From: Elusimicrobiota bacterium
GTDB lineage: Bacteria > Elusimicrobiota > Endomicrobiia > Endomicrobiales > JBDRNC01
Length of the DNA: 64,000 nucleotides
Direction of reading: 5' to 3'
Assembly (NCBI GenBank): GCA_043811535.1
Contig: JBDRNC010000035.1
Span: 52,650 to 116,649 of the forward strand
Part shown: in pieces, positions 17,774-27,025 of the stretch
Layout: each line of letters opens with the position of its first letter
Position numbering within the stretch: position 1 is the first letter of the stretch
Translations under genes and position numbers: made by a program
Notes under the pieces: model-generated
Seen by the model: the letters and a program-made list of their open reading frames with translations, nothing else
Told to the model about the DNA's origin: nothing
Databases searched by the model: none

Positions 17774-19735
17774 ATGATAGCCAAACTGTTGTTAACTGTC
17801 CCGCTCGGCATTGTGCTTATGAATGTCTTCGGGATGTTCAGCGTCCGCAGCATACCCGTAGCGGTAGCCCTATATTACCTCGTATTCATATTCCTTCCGG
17901 GTTATTTCCTTTTCAGGTATTTCCAGGGCGGTATGAAAATAAACAGGCTTGAAGCGGTGCCGGTTTCGTTCGTATCGGGCTATGTATTCATGCTTCCGTT
18001 CTCGCTCGCCGCGTATTTTTTGAAGATGCCGCTACAGACGTTCATCTATCTTTATTCGGCTGCCGTATCCGCCTGGGTTCTTTTCCACCTGTTCGCCGCA
18101 AAAAACGCGCAGGGACTGAAAATGGAGAAAATCAATGCCGGCCCGGGTAAAATAGCTATTTTGGTCCTGTGCGCTGCGGCGGGTTTTTTTGCGGCTGATT
18201 ATTTTGGCGGGTTTACAAGCGGAAATTTTCTAGTGCACGCCGGAATTATCAGGAAAATGGTTTCACTCGGGGTCATAGTGAATCATTCCTGTTATTTCGC
18301 GGACAACAACCTCAACGCGAATATGTTCAGTTCCTACTACATATTCCTTTCAATGGCGGCGCGGCTTACAGGCGCCGATCCTGTGAGAATGTGGATTTAT
18401 CTCCCGCAGCTCATCGTCCCGCTGGCTCTAATCGCCAACTTCTGTTTCGTCAGAAGACTTTTCGGCTCCGTAAATATAGCCCTTGCATACTCGCTGCTGT
18501 ATTCCGTGTATTTCTTTTTTTACAATCCTACTCCGCCGGCTGACGGCTACGCGTGGTATTTGTCCGAACTGGCCGCCTGCAATAACCACATAGCGGAACA
18601 GATATTCATTCCCGTGATACTGATGGTGCTTTTTTATTACATCAGGAAGGACAGTAATGAACAAGGTGGCAATAGGACTCTGATATTCCTTCCGTTGATG
18701 CTTCTCGCGCAGGGTACGGTCCATATGTATGTCCAGGGGCAGACCCACTTCATTATTTACTCGCTGCTTTTCTGGGCGCTCATAACAAGACCCGGCTTCA
18801 TCGATAACGGGAAACTGCTGAAATCCGCGCTTGTATCATCCGCCGCGCTGGTATTCGTGGCTTATCTTTTCGCGCTGATGAACCCGAACATCAATCCTGC
18901 TTATAAAATCCTGAACGGCACCGGCGGGTCGCTGCCGATAGAAATACTGGGGAAATGGCAGATAGTCGATTTTAAAAGAGTAGTTCTGGAAGATCCGATG
19001 ATTTTAGCGGGTACTGTAATGGCCGTATTCGCGTTGTTTTACGCGAAATACGACATGCCGGCTTTTTATATTTTCGCGCTGTTCATCAACGTGTCTTTTA
19101 TCATCTATAACCCGTATATCATGAAAATCGCTTCGTACGTCCATCCTCCGCTGGAAAGGGTAACGAGGCTGAATGTCATTGTCCCGTTCCTGGCCGCCTC
19201 GTTATACCCGTTGTCTCTTTTTTACGGACGGGAAAGCTCTGCACGGGCTTTTTCGCCGCGGATCAAGACGGCCATCGTCGTATTTCTCGTGCTGACGGTT
19301 GTATTACTAGTAAAAGAATCTCCCAAAAGGCTTTCACAGGTGGTCTATACGAAACAGTATTCGCTTGAGCAGCTTGATAGAAACGAAAGCTTCTATGGGG
19401 CCATCCGGAACGCCGTTCCGCCAGAATCGGTTGTCATGGTCAACCTGCCTTTAACAACCTGGTGGACGACCTATTTTCCTCATTACATAGTCGCGCATTA
19501 TTTTGATTTTGTACTTCCTCCTAACGTAAATCAGACCAAAAGGAAGGAAGACGTTAATCGTTTCTATTCAAGCGCTCTGGACGGAAAATCGGAGCAGATT
19601 CTCAGGACCTACGGCGTCGATTACGTGTTTTTCCTGGCTGCTGAAGCAAAGGGTAAAAACATAGAAGGTTCAGGCTACCTAATGCCCGTGCTTTCGAACA
19701 ATATGTTTATCATCTGTAAAACGGAGTTAAAATGA
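17774..19735 (+). CDS. Polytopic membrane protein, possibly a GT-C-fold glycosyltransferase
   Basis: Many hydrophobic segments plus a soluble C-terminal domain ending ILRTYGVDYVF, typical of GT-C-like proteins. It sits among glycosyltransferase genes. Confidence 0.55.
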   Translation: MIAKLLLTVPLGIVLMNVFGMFSVRSIPVAVALYYLVFIFLPGYFLFRYFQGGMKINRLEAVPVSFVSGYVFMLPFSLAAYFLKMPLQTFIYLYSAAVSAWVLFHLFAAKNAQGLKMEKINAGPGKIAILVLCAAAGFFAADYFGGFTSGNFLVHAGIIRKMVSLGVIVNHSCYFADNNLNANMFSSYYIFLSMAARLTGADPVRMWIYLPQLIVPLALIANFCFVRRLFGSVNIALAYSLLYSVYFFFYNPTPPADGYAWYLSELAACNNHIAEQIFIPVILMVLFYYIRKDSNEQGGNRTLIFLPLMLLAQGTVHMYVQGQTHFIIYSLLFWALITRPGFIDNGKLLKSALVSSAALVFVAYLFALMNPNINPAYKILNGTGGSLPIEILGKWQIVDFKRVVLEDPMILAGTVMAVFALFYAKYDMPAFYIFALFINVSFIIYNPYIMKIASYVHPPLERVTRLNVIVPFLAASLYPLSLFYGRESSARAFSPRIKTAIVVFLVLTVVLLVKESPKRLSQVVYTKQYSLEQLDRNESFYGAIRNAVPPESVVMVNLPLTTWWTTYFPHYIVAHYFDFVLPPNVNQTKRKEDVNRFYSSALDGKSEQILRTYGVDYVFFLAAEAKGKNIEGSGYLMPVLSNNMFIICKTELK

Positions 19736-20712
19736 GCGGAAAATTTATTTCTGTCATAATCCCGGCGCATAACGCCGAGAAAACGATAATAAAATGCGCC
19801 GAAAGCCTGATGGGACTGGATTATCCGGATTATGAGGTAATTATCGTGAACGATGGGTCTACGGACGGCACGGCCGCGGCTTTGAAGGATTTCGAAGGTA
19901 GCGAAAGGCTTAAAGTCCTTAATCAGGAGAAATCGGGCCCTTCAGTCGCGAGAAACAGGGCGATAATGCAGGCGAAAGGGGATTTTATAGCCTTTACCGA
20001 CGCGGATTGCAAGGTTGATAAAAACTGGCTTAACGAGCTGCTGAAAGGATTTGAAGTCGCAAATCCGTACAGGATCATGGGTGCCGGCGGCGATCAACTC
20101 AGCCCGGAAGACGATACGGATTTTGGGAAACAATTGAACGATTTTCTAAGGAATATTGGTTTTTTATCGGATTACATCAAAACCAGCACAGGAACGCCGT
20201 CGATAACCGCCACGGAACATAATCCCACGTGCAACGCTATGTACAGGAAGGAAGTATTTGACAAGGTGGGTTATTTTCAGGAAGACCTGTGGCCCGGCGA
20301 AGACGTTGAACTGGACTACAGGATAAAGAAATCCGGATTTCAGCTTATGTTCAATCCGGCAGCCATTGTATATCATTACAGGCCCGAGAACGCATCCAAA
20401 TACAGGAAGATGATGTTCAGGTACGGCAATGTCCAGGCGCTGCTTGTCAGGAAATACGGATTTTTCAGAAAAATCCAGTATGTTCCGTTTATTCTCATAT
20501 TTCTGATACTCACTCTTATGCTCGCGAGCATAGTCAGCCTTCTTTCGGTTATTGAATTGCTGGCGCTGCAGCTTTTTCTGTTCGCAGTTTCATTCTATAT
20601 AAACACGAAAAACGCGAAGAAAGCGCCCGTCTATCTCTATCTGTTCGTCCAGACGATCCTGGCGTGGAACGCGGGATTCGCTGCGGGGATATTCTCAAAG
20701 AAGAAAATATGA
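19732..20712 (+). CDS. GT2 glycosyltransferase with C-terminal TM helices
   Basis: ISVIIPAHNAE, VNDGSTD, GPSVARN, FTDADC and GEDVELDYR. Confidence 0.9.
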   Translation: MSGKFISVIIPAHNAEKTIIKCAESLMGLDYPDYEVIIVNDGSTDGTAAALKDFEGSERLKVLNQEKSGPSVARNRAIMQAKGDFIAFTDADCKVDKNWLNELLKGFEVANPYRIMGAGGDQLSPEDDTDFGKQLNDFLRNIGFLSDYIKTSTGTPSITATEHNPTCNAMYRKEVFDKVGYFQEDLWPGEDVELDYRIKKSGFQLMFNPAAIVYHYRPENASKYRKMMFRYGNVQALLVRKYGFFRKIQYVPFILIFLILTLMLASIVSLLSVIELLALQLFLFAVSFYINTKNAKKAPVYLYLFVQTILAWNAGFAAGIFSKKKI

Positions 20713-22145
20713 AAACATTGCTGATATATCCTCCCAGGGAAAATTATATTTTCGGCGTAACGCCGCATGTTTACATTGAGGCTGACGCCGGGAATTATCC
20801 TCCCATAGGAATGCTCTATATCGCCGCCTGTCTTGAAAAGGCCGGCGTCTGTAACGTTGAAGTTCTTGACGCTTACACCGAAGGTCTTTCACATGAAGAC
20901 GTAAGAAATCGCATAGCGGCGTCCGCCCCCGACGTAGTAGGCGTTTATTTCTCGACTTATTATCTCGTTGACGCGCTAAAAACGGCGGAAAACGCTAAAA
21001 AGGCGAATCCTGCTGCCTTTGTCGTGGCAGGCGGGCCGCATACCGCGCTTTACCCGTCGGAAACGGCGGCGGTTCCCTGCATTGATTGTGTTCTTGTCGG
21101 CGAAGCGGAAGAGAGTTTTGTCGAGCTGGTAAAACTTCTCAGGGAAGGAAGTCGCTCGGAAGTGCAGAACATCGCCGGCGCTGTGACGAAAGGCACTCCT
21201 TCCGGAAAGTGCGCTCAGCTCGGAAGGATTGAAGAACTCGATAGACTTCCGTTTCCCGCGAGACGCCTGATAGATTATTCAAAATATAAATCGATCCTTA
21301 CTAAAAGCAACCCAATAACTACGGTCATTACCTCGCGCGGCTGTCCTTTTAATTGCTTTTTCTGCTCAAATCAGGAAAGCGGGAAGAAAGTCAGGTACCG
21401 CTCGGCGGGGAACGTGGTCGACGAACTAGAATCCCTGGTTCAAGAGTATGGTATAAGGGATTTTCTGTTTTTTGACGAGCTTTTCACTTCGAACAAGATA
21501 AGGACCATGCAGATATGCGATGAGATAATCAGCAGGGGGCTGAAGATCAGATGGCATTGCAGGAGCCGGGTAGACGTTTTGGACGAAGAAATGGTGAAAA
21601 AGATGAAGAGCGCCGGCTGCAGGCTCATCCAGTTCGGGATAGAGACCGGCAACCAGCGCCTGCAGGAGCTTATAAACAAGAAATTGAACCTTGAAAAAGT
21701 CAGGGAAACCGTCTCCATGGTTTATGCCAGCGGGATCCTGACATACGCTGATTTCATGTTCGGGCTTCCCACGGAAACCGATGATGAAATGAGGCATACT
21801 CTTCAATACGCCAAATCACTTAAACTTGATTACATTGCGTTCGGCATGTTCCATCCGATACCGGGCAGCATTTTCTACGACCAGGGCATCAAAGAGAAAA
21901 AATTTGAAGACTTCTGGCTGAAATACGTGAAGGACCAGAGCTACGTTATTGAAGATCATTCATGGACAGGCAAGGACAGGGAACGCCATCATCTGTTCGT
22001 CGCTGACGCATACAGGAGTTTTTATCTTAGGCCGAGTTACATGGCAGGAAGACTGCTGAGAATGGATTCGCTTCCGCAGCTTATATGGCAGTTGAAATCT
22101 GCGGTAAGAGTCTTTTATAACCTTATTCTGAAAAGATTTCGTTAA
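20709..22145 (+). CDS. Cobalamin-binding radical SAM protein
   Basis: YPPIGMLYIAA, AGGPH, GEAE, TSRGCPFNCFFC and FGIETG. Start ATG 20709 overlaps the upstream stop (ATGA). Confidence 0.9.
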   Translation: MKTLLIYPPRENYIFGVTPHVYIEADAGNYPPIGMLYIAACLEKAGVCNVEVLDAYTEGLSHEDVRNRIAASAPDVVGVYFSTYYLVDALKTAENAKKANPAAFVVAGGPHTALYPSETAAVPCIDCVLVGEAEESFVELVKLLREGSRSEVQNIAGAVTKGTPSGKCAQLGRIEELDRLPFPARRLIDYSKYKSILTKSNPITTVITSRGCPFNCFFCSNQESGKKVRYRSAGNVVDELESLVQEYGIRDFLFFDELFTSNKIRTMQICDEIISRGLKIRWHCRSRVDVLDEEMVKKMKSAGCRLIQFGIETGNQRLQELINKKLNLEKVRETVSMVYASGILTYADFMFGLPTETDDEMRHTLQYAKSLKLDYIAFGMFHPIPGSIFYDQGIKEKKFEDFWLKYVKDQSYVIEDHSWTGKDRERHHLFVADAYRSFYLRPSYMAGRLLRMDSLPQLIWQLKSAVRVFYNLILKRFR

Positions 22146-22164
22146 GCTACAGGAGAATTATCAA

Positions 22165-23583
22165 GTGAAAATAGCGTTTATTGATCCGCCGGGTGACGTA
22201 TCGGGTTTCAACACGGGACTGGGGTATCTTTCCGGGGTTTTACGGAAACTAAACCACGAAGTACGCGTTGTGGATCTGAATAACGATCCTTCCGATGCGG
22301 GTGACAGACTTTTTAAACTTGCCGCCTGGAACCCTGAGATAGTCGGCATTTCACTTAAGACAAACGCGGTCAGGGCGTCAAAGGGGATTGCGGATCTTTT
22401 TAAGAACGGCAAGACCAAAATAATAGCAGGCGGGCCGGGCGTTACCTGTGAAGGCGCGAAGTTCATTGAAGAAAATAAGGAGTATGACGCGTGTTTTTTA
22501 GGCGAGGCCGAAAACACGATCGCGCGGTTCATTGACTTTTGCGGCGGGCGGGCGGGCGGGCTTCCCCTGGAAGGGGTATGCGTGAGGCATGGTGCGGAAA
22601 CCTTATGCGGAGAAATGACCCTGACGGCCGACATTGACAGCCTGCCGTATCCTGACTATTCTGTCTTTGACACGGCCGGGTTAATCTCGGGGAAATACCC
22701 CTTAGTCACAAGCCGCGGATGCCCGTATAACTGCACATACTGTTCCGTCAATAAAATAAGCGGCGTGCAATGGAGAAAACGCGCTCCTGAAAATGTAGTG
22801 AATGAATTGATAGAAGCAAAAAAGCGATACAACATAAGCGGTTTTGACATAGCCGACGACAATTTCACGATGGATATAGAACGCGCTAAAAAGATATGCA
22901 GCTTGCTGATAGATTCCGGACTCGGGTTGAAATGGAGCTGCATAAACGGTATACGCGCGGACAGGGTTGATGAGGAACTCCTCGCGCTAATGAAGAAGTC
23001 GGGATGCGGAGTGGTATGGTTCGGCATAGAAAGCATGACTGAGGAGTTATTCAACTCGATAAAGAAAGGCGAGAAACTCCAGTCTGTAATAAACGCCGTC
23101 AAAATGGCGAAAAACGCGGGAATATCCGTATGCGGATTCTTCATTGCGGGACTTCCGGGAAGCACGTATTCAAAAGACATGGAAGGCCTTAAGAAGTCAA
23201 AAACGCTTGGGCTGGATGAGGCCCTTTGGAGCCTGGCGACACCGTACCCGCACACTGAATTATGGGATTGGTCAGAAAAGAACGCCAAATGGCTCTGCGA
23301 TTACAGGGACGTGAGTTTTTTCAAGCTGTCAAAACCTGTGATCGAGACCGCGGATTATACCGGCAAGGAAAGAATGAAAATGTTCTACAAGGGCAATCTC
23401 GCCGGCTTTTCATACAGCTGTTTCTTTCCCAAAAGAATAAAACTCTCGCATTTCCTTAATTTCATCGCATGCATGATAAAATATGACTTCGTGAATATAG
23501 GCTTGCACATAAAGAAGATACTATTCAATAAGTACCACAGAAAATACGTCAAAGAGGCACTCAAGAGACTACGCCTGAAATAA
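22165..23583 (+). CDS. Cobalamin-binding radical SAM protein
   Basis: GLGYLSGVL, AGGPG, GEAE, TSRGCPYNCTYC, DDNFT and FGIES. GTG start with AGGAG RBS. Confidence 0.88.
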   Translation: MKIAFIDPPGDVSGFNTGLGYLSGVLRKLNHEVRVVDLNNDPSDAGDRLFKLAAWNPEIVGISLKTNAVRASKGIADLFKNGKTKIIAGGPGVTCEGAKFIEENKEYDACFLGEAENTIARFIDFCGGRAGGLPLEGVCVRHGAETLCGEMTLTADIDSLPYPDYSVFDTAGLISGKYPLVTSRGCPYNCTYCSVNKISGVQWRKRAPENVVNELIEAKKRYNISGFDIADDNFTMDIERAKKICSLLIDSGLGLKWSCINGIRADRVDEELLALMKKSGCGVVWFGIESMTEELFNSIKKGEKLQSVINAVKMAKNAGISVCGFFIAGLPGSTYSKDMEGLKKSKTLGLDEALWSLATPYPHTELWDWSEKNAKWLCDYRDVSFFKLSKPVIETADYTGKERMKMFYKGNLAGFSYSCFFPKRIKLSHFLNFIACMIKYDFVNIGLHIKKILFNKYHRKYVKEALKRLRLK

Positions 23584-23586
23584 AAA

Positions 23587-23667
23587 CGATTACACAGATT
23601 CTCGACGAAGATTCCACAGATTACATGCACTTTAATCCGTGAAATCTTTTCTGAAATCCGTGTAATC
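23587..23667. repeat. GATTACAC(A)GATT / AATC(C)GTGTAATC inverted 9-mer repeat hairpin
   Basis: gattacacagatt...gattccacagatt ... aatccgtgaaatc...aatccgtgtaatc. Confidence 0.75.
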
Positions 23668-23698
23668 AAGAGGATAGGGACTTTTTTTCGATCTAAAA

Positions 23699-24967
23699 AT
23701 GAAAATAGCATTTATCGCTAATTATCTGCGGGGTTATCATTCCCATGCCGGCGGCGCCGAAAAGGCTATTCAGCAAACGGCTGAACTTGCGCAAAAGAAG
23801 GGGAACGAGGTGTTTTTTGTGACGCTGCCCTTCGACGGGGAACAGGATGCCGAAAGTTTTTCGGGCGCCGTTTACGGAGTACCGGTGACAGAGACGGTAT
23901 TCCCGTTCCTGAAGAAATACATAGAGATATTGAAGTGGTACCTGTCCCAGTTTGATCCAGTAAGCTATTTTTCGATCCTTAAGTTATTAAAAAGAGAAAA
24001 ACCGGATATAGTGCATCTGGGCAATTTCCAGTTCCTGACCTTCAGCGCCGTATCGGCGGCAAAAAAGCTTGGAATACCGGTTATCCTGTCTGTATACGAC
24101 TACTGGTATTTCTGCCCGTCAACGTCGCTGTTCGATAAAAAGAACAGGATATGCAGGGATTTTCACGGCGCGAGATGCGTAGGATGCCTTCCCTCTGAAT
24201 TCAGCATCATCCAGTCGGCGCTTCTTTTCTTCAGAAAAATGGTTTTTGACCGTTTTCTCGGAAAAATTGACAGGTTCATCGCGTTGTCCTGGTCTTCCGC
24301 GGACATAATAAGATCCTACGGCATAGGGAAAGAAAGGATAGAAACGATAAGGCTGCCTTTTGTCCGGCCTGAATGGCGGAATTGGGAACCCGCGGGAGCC
24401 GGCGGAGAATACATTCTTTTCACGGGCTGGCTTCAAACGCGCAAAGGTCTCCATGTCTTGCTGGACGCAATGCCAAAGATATGGAAGCGAATGCCCGCTA
24501 TCATGCTGCGCGTCCTTGCACAGAAGGTCAAGTGGGAAAAAGACTACGAAGAGCTCATAGAATCAAAACTGAAAACGCTTCCTGCCGACAAAATTGTATT
24601 CGAGCTTGGAGCAAAAAACAAAGCCGATGTTAACGGGTTTATACACGGGGCTGCGGTCGTCGCGGTGCCGGAGCAATGGGAGAACATGTCGCCGCTGATA
24701 GTGATTGAATCGATGTCTCTTTCAAAAGCTGTTGTGGCCAGCGATATCGGGGGGATACCCGAGCTTGTAGAACACGAAAAAACCGGATTGCTTTCAAAAA
24801 CGGGCGATGCATCGGACCTTGCGGAAAATATCCTGCGTTTTCTTGAAGACAAGCAATTCGCCGATGAATGCGGAAAAAGAGCGAAACAGAAAGCGATGGA
24901 ATTATTCGATCCGGCGGCAATAGCGGATTCTATCAATGAGGAGTACCTAAAGTGGAAAAAGCGGTGA
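23699..24967 (+). CDS. GT4 (GT-B fold) glycosyltransferase
   Basis: GGAEK, YDYWYFCP, RKGLHVLL and WENMSPLIVIESM...SDIGGIPELV. Confidence 0.9.
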   Translation: MKIAFIANYLRGYHSHAGGAEKAIQQTAELAQKKGNEVFFVTLPFDGEQDAESFSGAVYGVPVTETVFPFLKKYIEILKWYLSQFDPVSYFSILKLLKREKPDIVHLGNFQFLTFSAVSAAKKLGIPVILSVYDYWYFCPSTSLFDKKNRICRDFHGARCVGCLPSEFSIIQSALLFFRKMVFDRFLGKIDRFIALSWSSADIIRSYGIGKERIETIRLPFVRPEWRNWEPAGAGGEYILFTGWLQTRKGLHVLLDAMPKIWKRMPAIMLRVLAQKVKWEKDYEELIESKLKTLPADKIVFELGAKNKADVNGFIHGAAVVAVPEQWENMSPLIVIESMSLSKAVVASDIGGIPELVEHEKTGLLSKTGDASDLAENILRFLEDKQFADECGKRAKQKAMELFDPAAIADSINEEYLKWKKR

Positions 24968-25698
24968 TTCTCGCGGGCGGCAGAGGCGTAAGGTTCGGCA
25001 CGATGTCCGAAGAACTGCCGAAGCCGATGGCGGCCATAGAGGGCAAACCGATACTGCACTACATCATTTCAATCCTCAGGAGTATGGGACTGAAGCAGCT
25101 CTACATAATAGTCGGCTATAAAAAAGAGATTGTTATAGATTATTTCGGCCAGGGAAGAGAGTACGGTCTCAATATCGAATATTTGGACAACAGCGGCGTG
25201 AACGACCCCAAGAAGAACGGGCTAAGCGATGCCGTGCTTCTTCTGAAGAACGTCATCAACGAGCCTTTCTTAACGATACTTGGTGATGAGATATACGCCG
25301 GGACGAAACACGGCGCGATGCTTAAGGAGTTTGAGAAAAACGAGGAATGCGAATCGATGATAGCGGTTCACAGGACTGCGAATCCCGAGGAGGTCAGGAA
25401 GAATTACGCCGTGAAAGTAGACACTTCGTGGAACATAACGGACCTTGAGGAAAAACCCAAAACGCCGTGGAACGATCTTATCGGTTGCGGCACATATATT
25501 TTCAGGGAATCAATATTCCGCTATATTGAGCAGACATCTGTTTCGGAAAGAAGCAGGCGCAAGGAACTGGCGGACACACTCAAGTGCATTATAAACGATA
25601 AAAAGATCGTAAGGGCCTTTGAGATCGGCGGGAAATACCTTAACATAAATTTCGCTGAAGACATGTTAACCGCCCGGAAGATCATAGTAGGAAAATAG
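24952..25698 (+). CDS. Sugar-1-phosphate nucleotidyltransferase family protein
   Basis: KAVILAGGRGVRF...LPKPM, LGD and LEEKP. Confidence 0.88.
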   Translation: MEKAVILAGGRGVRFGTMSEELPKPMAAIEGKPILHYIISILRSMGLKQLYIIVGYKKEIVIDYFGQGREYGLNIEYLDNSGVNDPKKNGLSDAVLLLKNVINEPFLTILGDEIYAGTKHGAMLKEFEKNEECESMIAVHRTANPEEVRKNYAVKVDTSWNITDLEEKPKTPWNDLIGCGTYIFRESIFRYIEQTSVSERSRRKELADTLKCIINDKKIVRAFEIGGKYLNINFAEDMLTARKIIVGK

Positions 25699-25702
25699 AC
25701 GC

Positions 25703-25859
25703 GTCAATCCCCTATCGGGGATTTCGTACCCTGACGGGTACTTCGATTTAATTAAGTCAAGGTTGGTCGCATAAGGCAATTTAGTAGAAACGCTTAAGAA
25801 TACGTGCCCAATCCCCCTTCGGGGGATTTCGCATAAGGCAAGTTAGTAGAAACGCTTAA
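25703..25859. repeat. Modular REP-like element: GC hairpins plus two 31-bp direct repeats
   Basis: Hairpins aatcccc-tatc-ggggatt, gtaccc-tgac-gggtac and aatcccc-cttcg-ggggatt. TCGCATAAGGCAA(T/G)TTAGTAGAAACGCTTAA occurs at 25767-25797 and 25829-25859. Confidence 0.75.
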
Positions 25860-25878
25860 TGTGCTCAAGGAGGGAACG

Positions 25879-27009
25879 TTGGAAATTCTGGATAAAAGAA
25901 GGATCAGGTTATTGTCAATGATCTGGTCAAGAATGAAGTATATACTCTTCTATGTTTCAAGGCTTGATTTCGTATCCGCTTACAACTACCTTTGGGTGTC
26001 AATGTTCACGCGCGACGCCGGGCTGGGTCTTGCTGACTGGATATACCGCATAAATCCTTTCTGGGCGCCGCATCCCAAAACGATGGAAGTTGAGGTCACA
26101 ACAAGATGCCACCTGAAATGTCTGATATGCGAGCACACTTACTGGAAAGAACCGCCGAGGGATATGTCGTTTGATGAGTTTAAAAGGGTCGTCGATCAGT
26201 TCCCCGGATTGAAATGGATAGGGCTAACCGGAATCGGCTCATCATTTTTGAACAAGGATTTCCTCAAGATACTCTCCTATTTGAAGTCAAGGAATGTTTT
26301 TGTAGAGTTTTTCGACACGTTTGACCTGATAAACGAACAGACGGCCGACGAAATCGTGAGAATCGGCGTCGATAAGATATGGGTTTCCATGGACGCCGCA
26401 ACGAAAGAAACCTATGAAAAGATACGCGTCGGGGCTTCTTTTGATAAGTCAATAAATAACATTAAGGGGCTCTTCCGCGCCAAGCAAAAGTACAAAACTC
26501 CGGTGCCGGAGATATGGTTCCACTATATAATCAATAAATCGAACGTAACTGAAATGCCGCAGTACGTGGACCTTGTGGACGGCATCATAAGGGAGACAAA
26601 CACGAATTACGCGACGCTTATATATTACACTGCCCTTCTGAAATTCAAAGAGGTCTCGGAACTGCTTCCGGATATTCCCGGAGACCTCAAAGAGATAGTC
26701 CTGGCCAAGGCCGAGAAGAAAGATATTTTCGTGAACTGGAACGAAAACGTCACGTGTGACAAGCCGATATGCGACTGCACAAAATGGGTGGAGCCTTTCG
26801 TGCTGGTGACGGGGCACGTTCAGCCGTGCTGTGCGATAAACATGGCCAACGACAGGGATTTTCAGAAACAGCACAGCTGGGGGAACCTTCTCAGCGAGAA
26901 TTTCAGGGATATATGGAAGTCGCAGAAAGTCGTGGAATTCAAAAAGATGATACACGCCAGTAAATTCCCGACCGTATGCAAGAACTGCAGGATATATAAA
27001 AAATCTTAA
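25879..27009 (+). CDS. Radical SAM protein with SPASM/twitch domain (no B12 domain)
   Basis: EVTTRCHLKCLIC and C-terminal CTKW...GHVQPCC...GNL...CKNC. AAGGAGG precedes TTG 25879. Confidence 0.88.
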   Translation: MEILDKRRIRLLSMIWSRMKYILFYVSRLDFVSAYNYLWVSMFTRDAGLGLADWIYRINPFWAPHPKTMEVEVTTRCHLKCLICEHTYWKEPPRDMSFDEFKRVVDQFPGLKWIGLTGIGSSFLNKDFLKILSYLKSRNVFVEFFDTFDLINEQTADEIVRIGVDKIWVSMDAATKETYEKIRVGASFDKSINNIKGLFRAKQKYKTPVPEIWFHYIINKSNVTEMPQYVDLVDGIIRETNTNYATLIYYTALLKFKEVSELLPDIPGDLKEIVLAKAEKKDIFVNWNENVTCDKPICDCTKWVEPFVLVTGHVQPCCAINMANDRDFQKQHSWGNLLSENFRDIWKSQKVVEFKKMIHASKFPTVCKNCRIYKKS

Positions 27010-27025
27010 CGGAACGGCAAACGCG

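Noticed and set aside
25767..25859. Possible mini CRISPR array (31-bp repeat, 31-bp spacer, repeat)
   Set aside because: There are only two units and no cas genes. The spacer is itself a recurring hairpin module, and repeat pieces recur in the hrcA leader.
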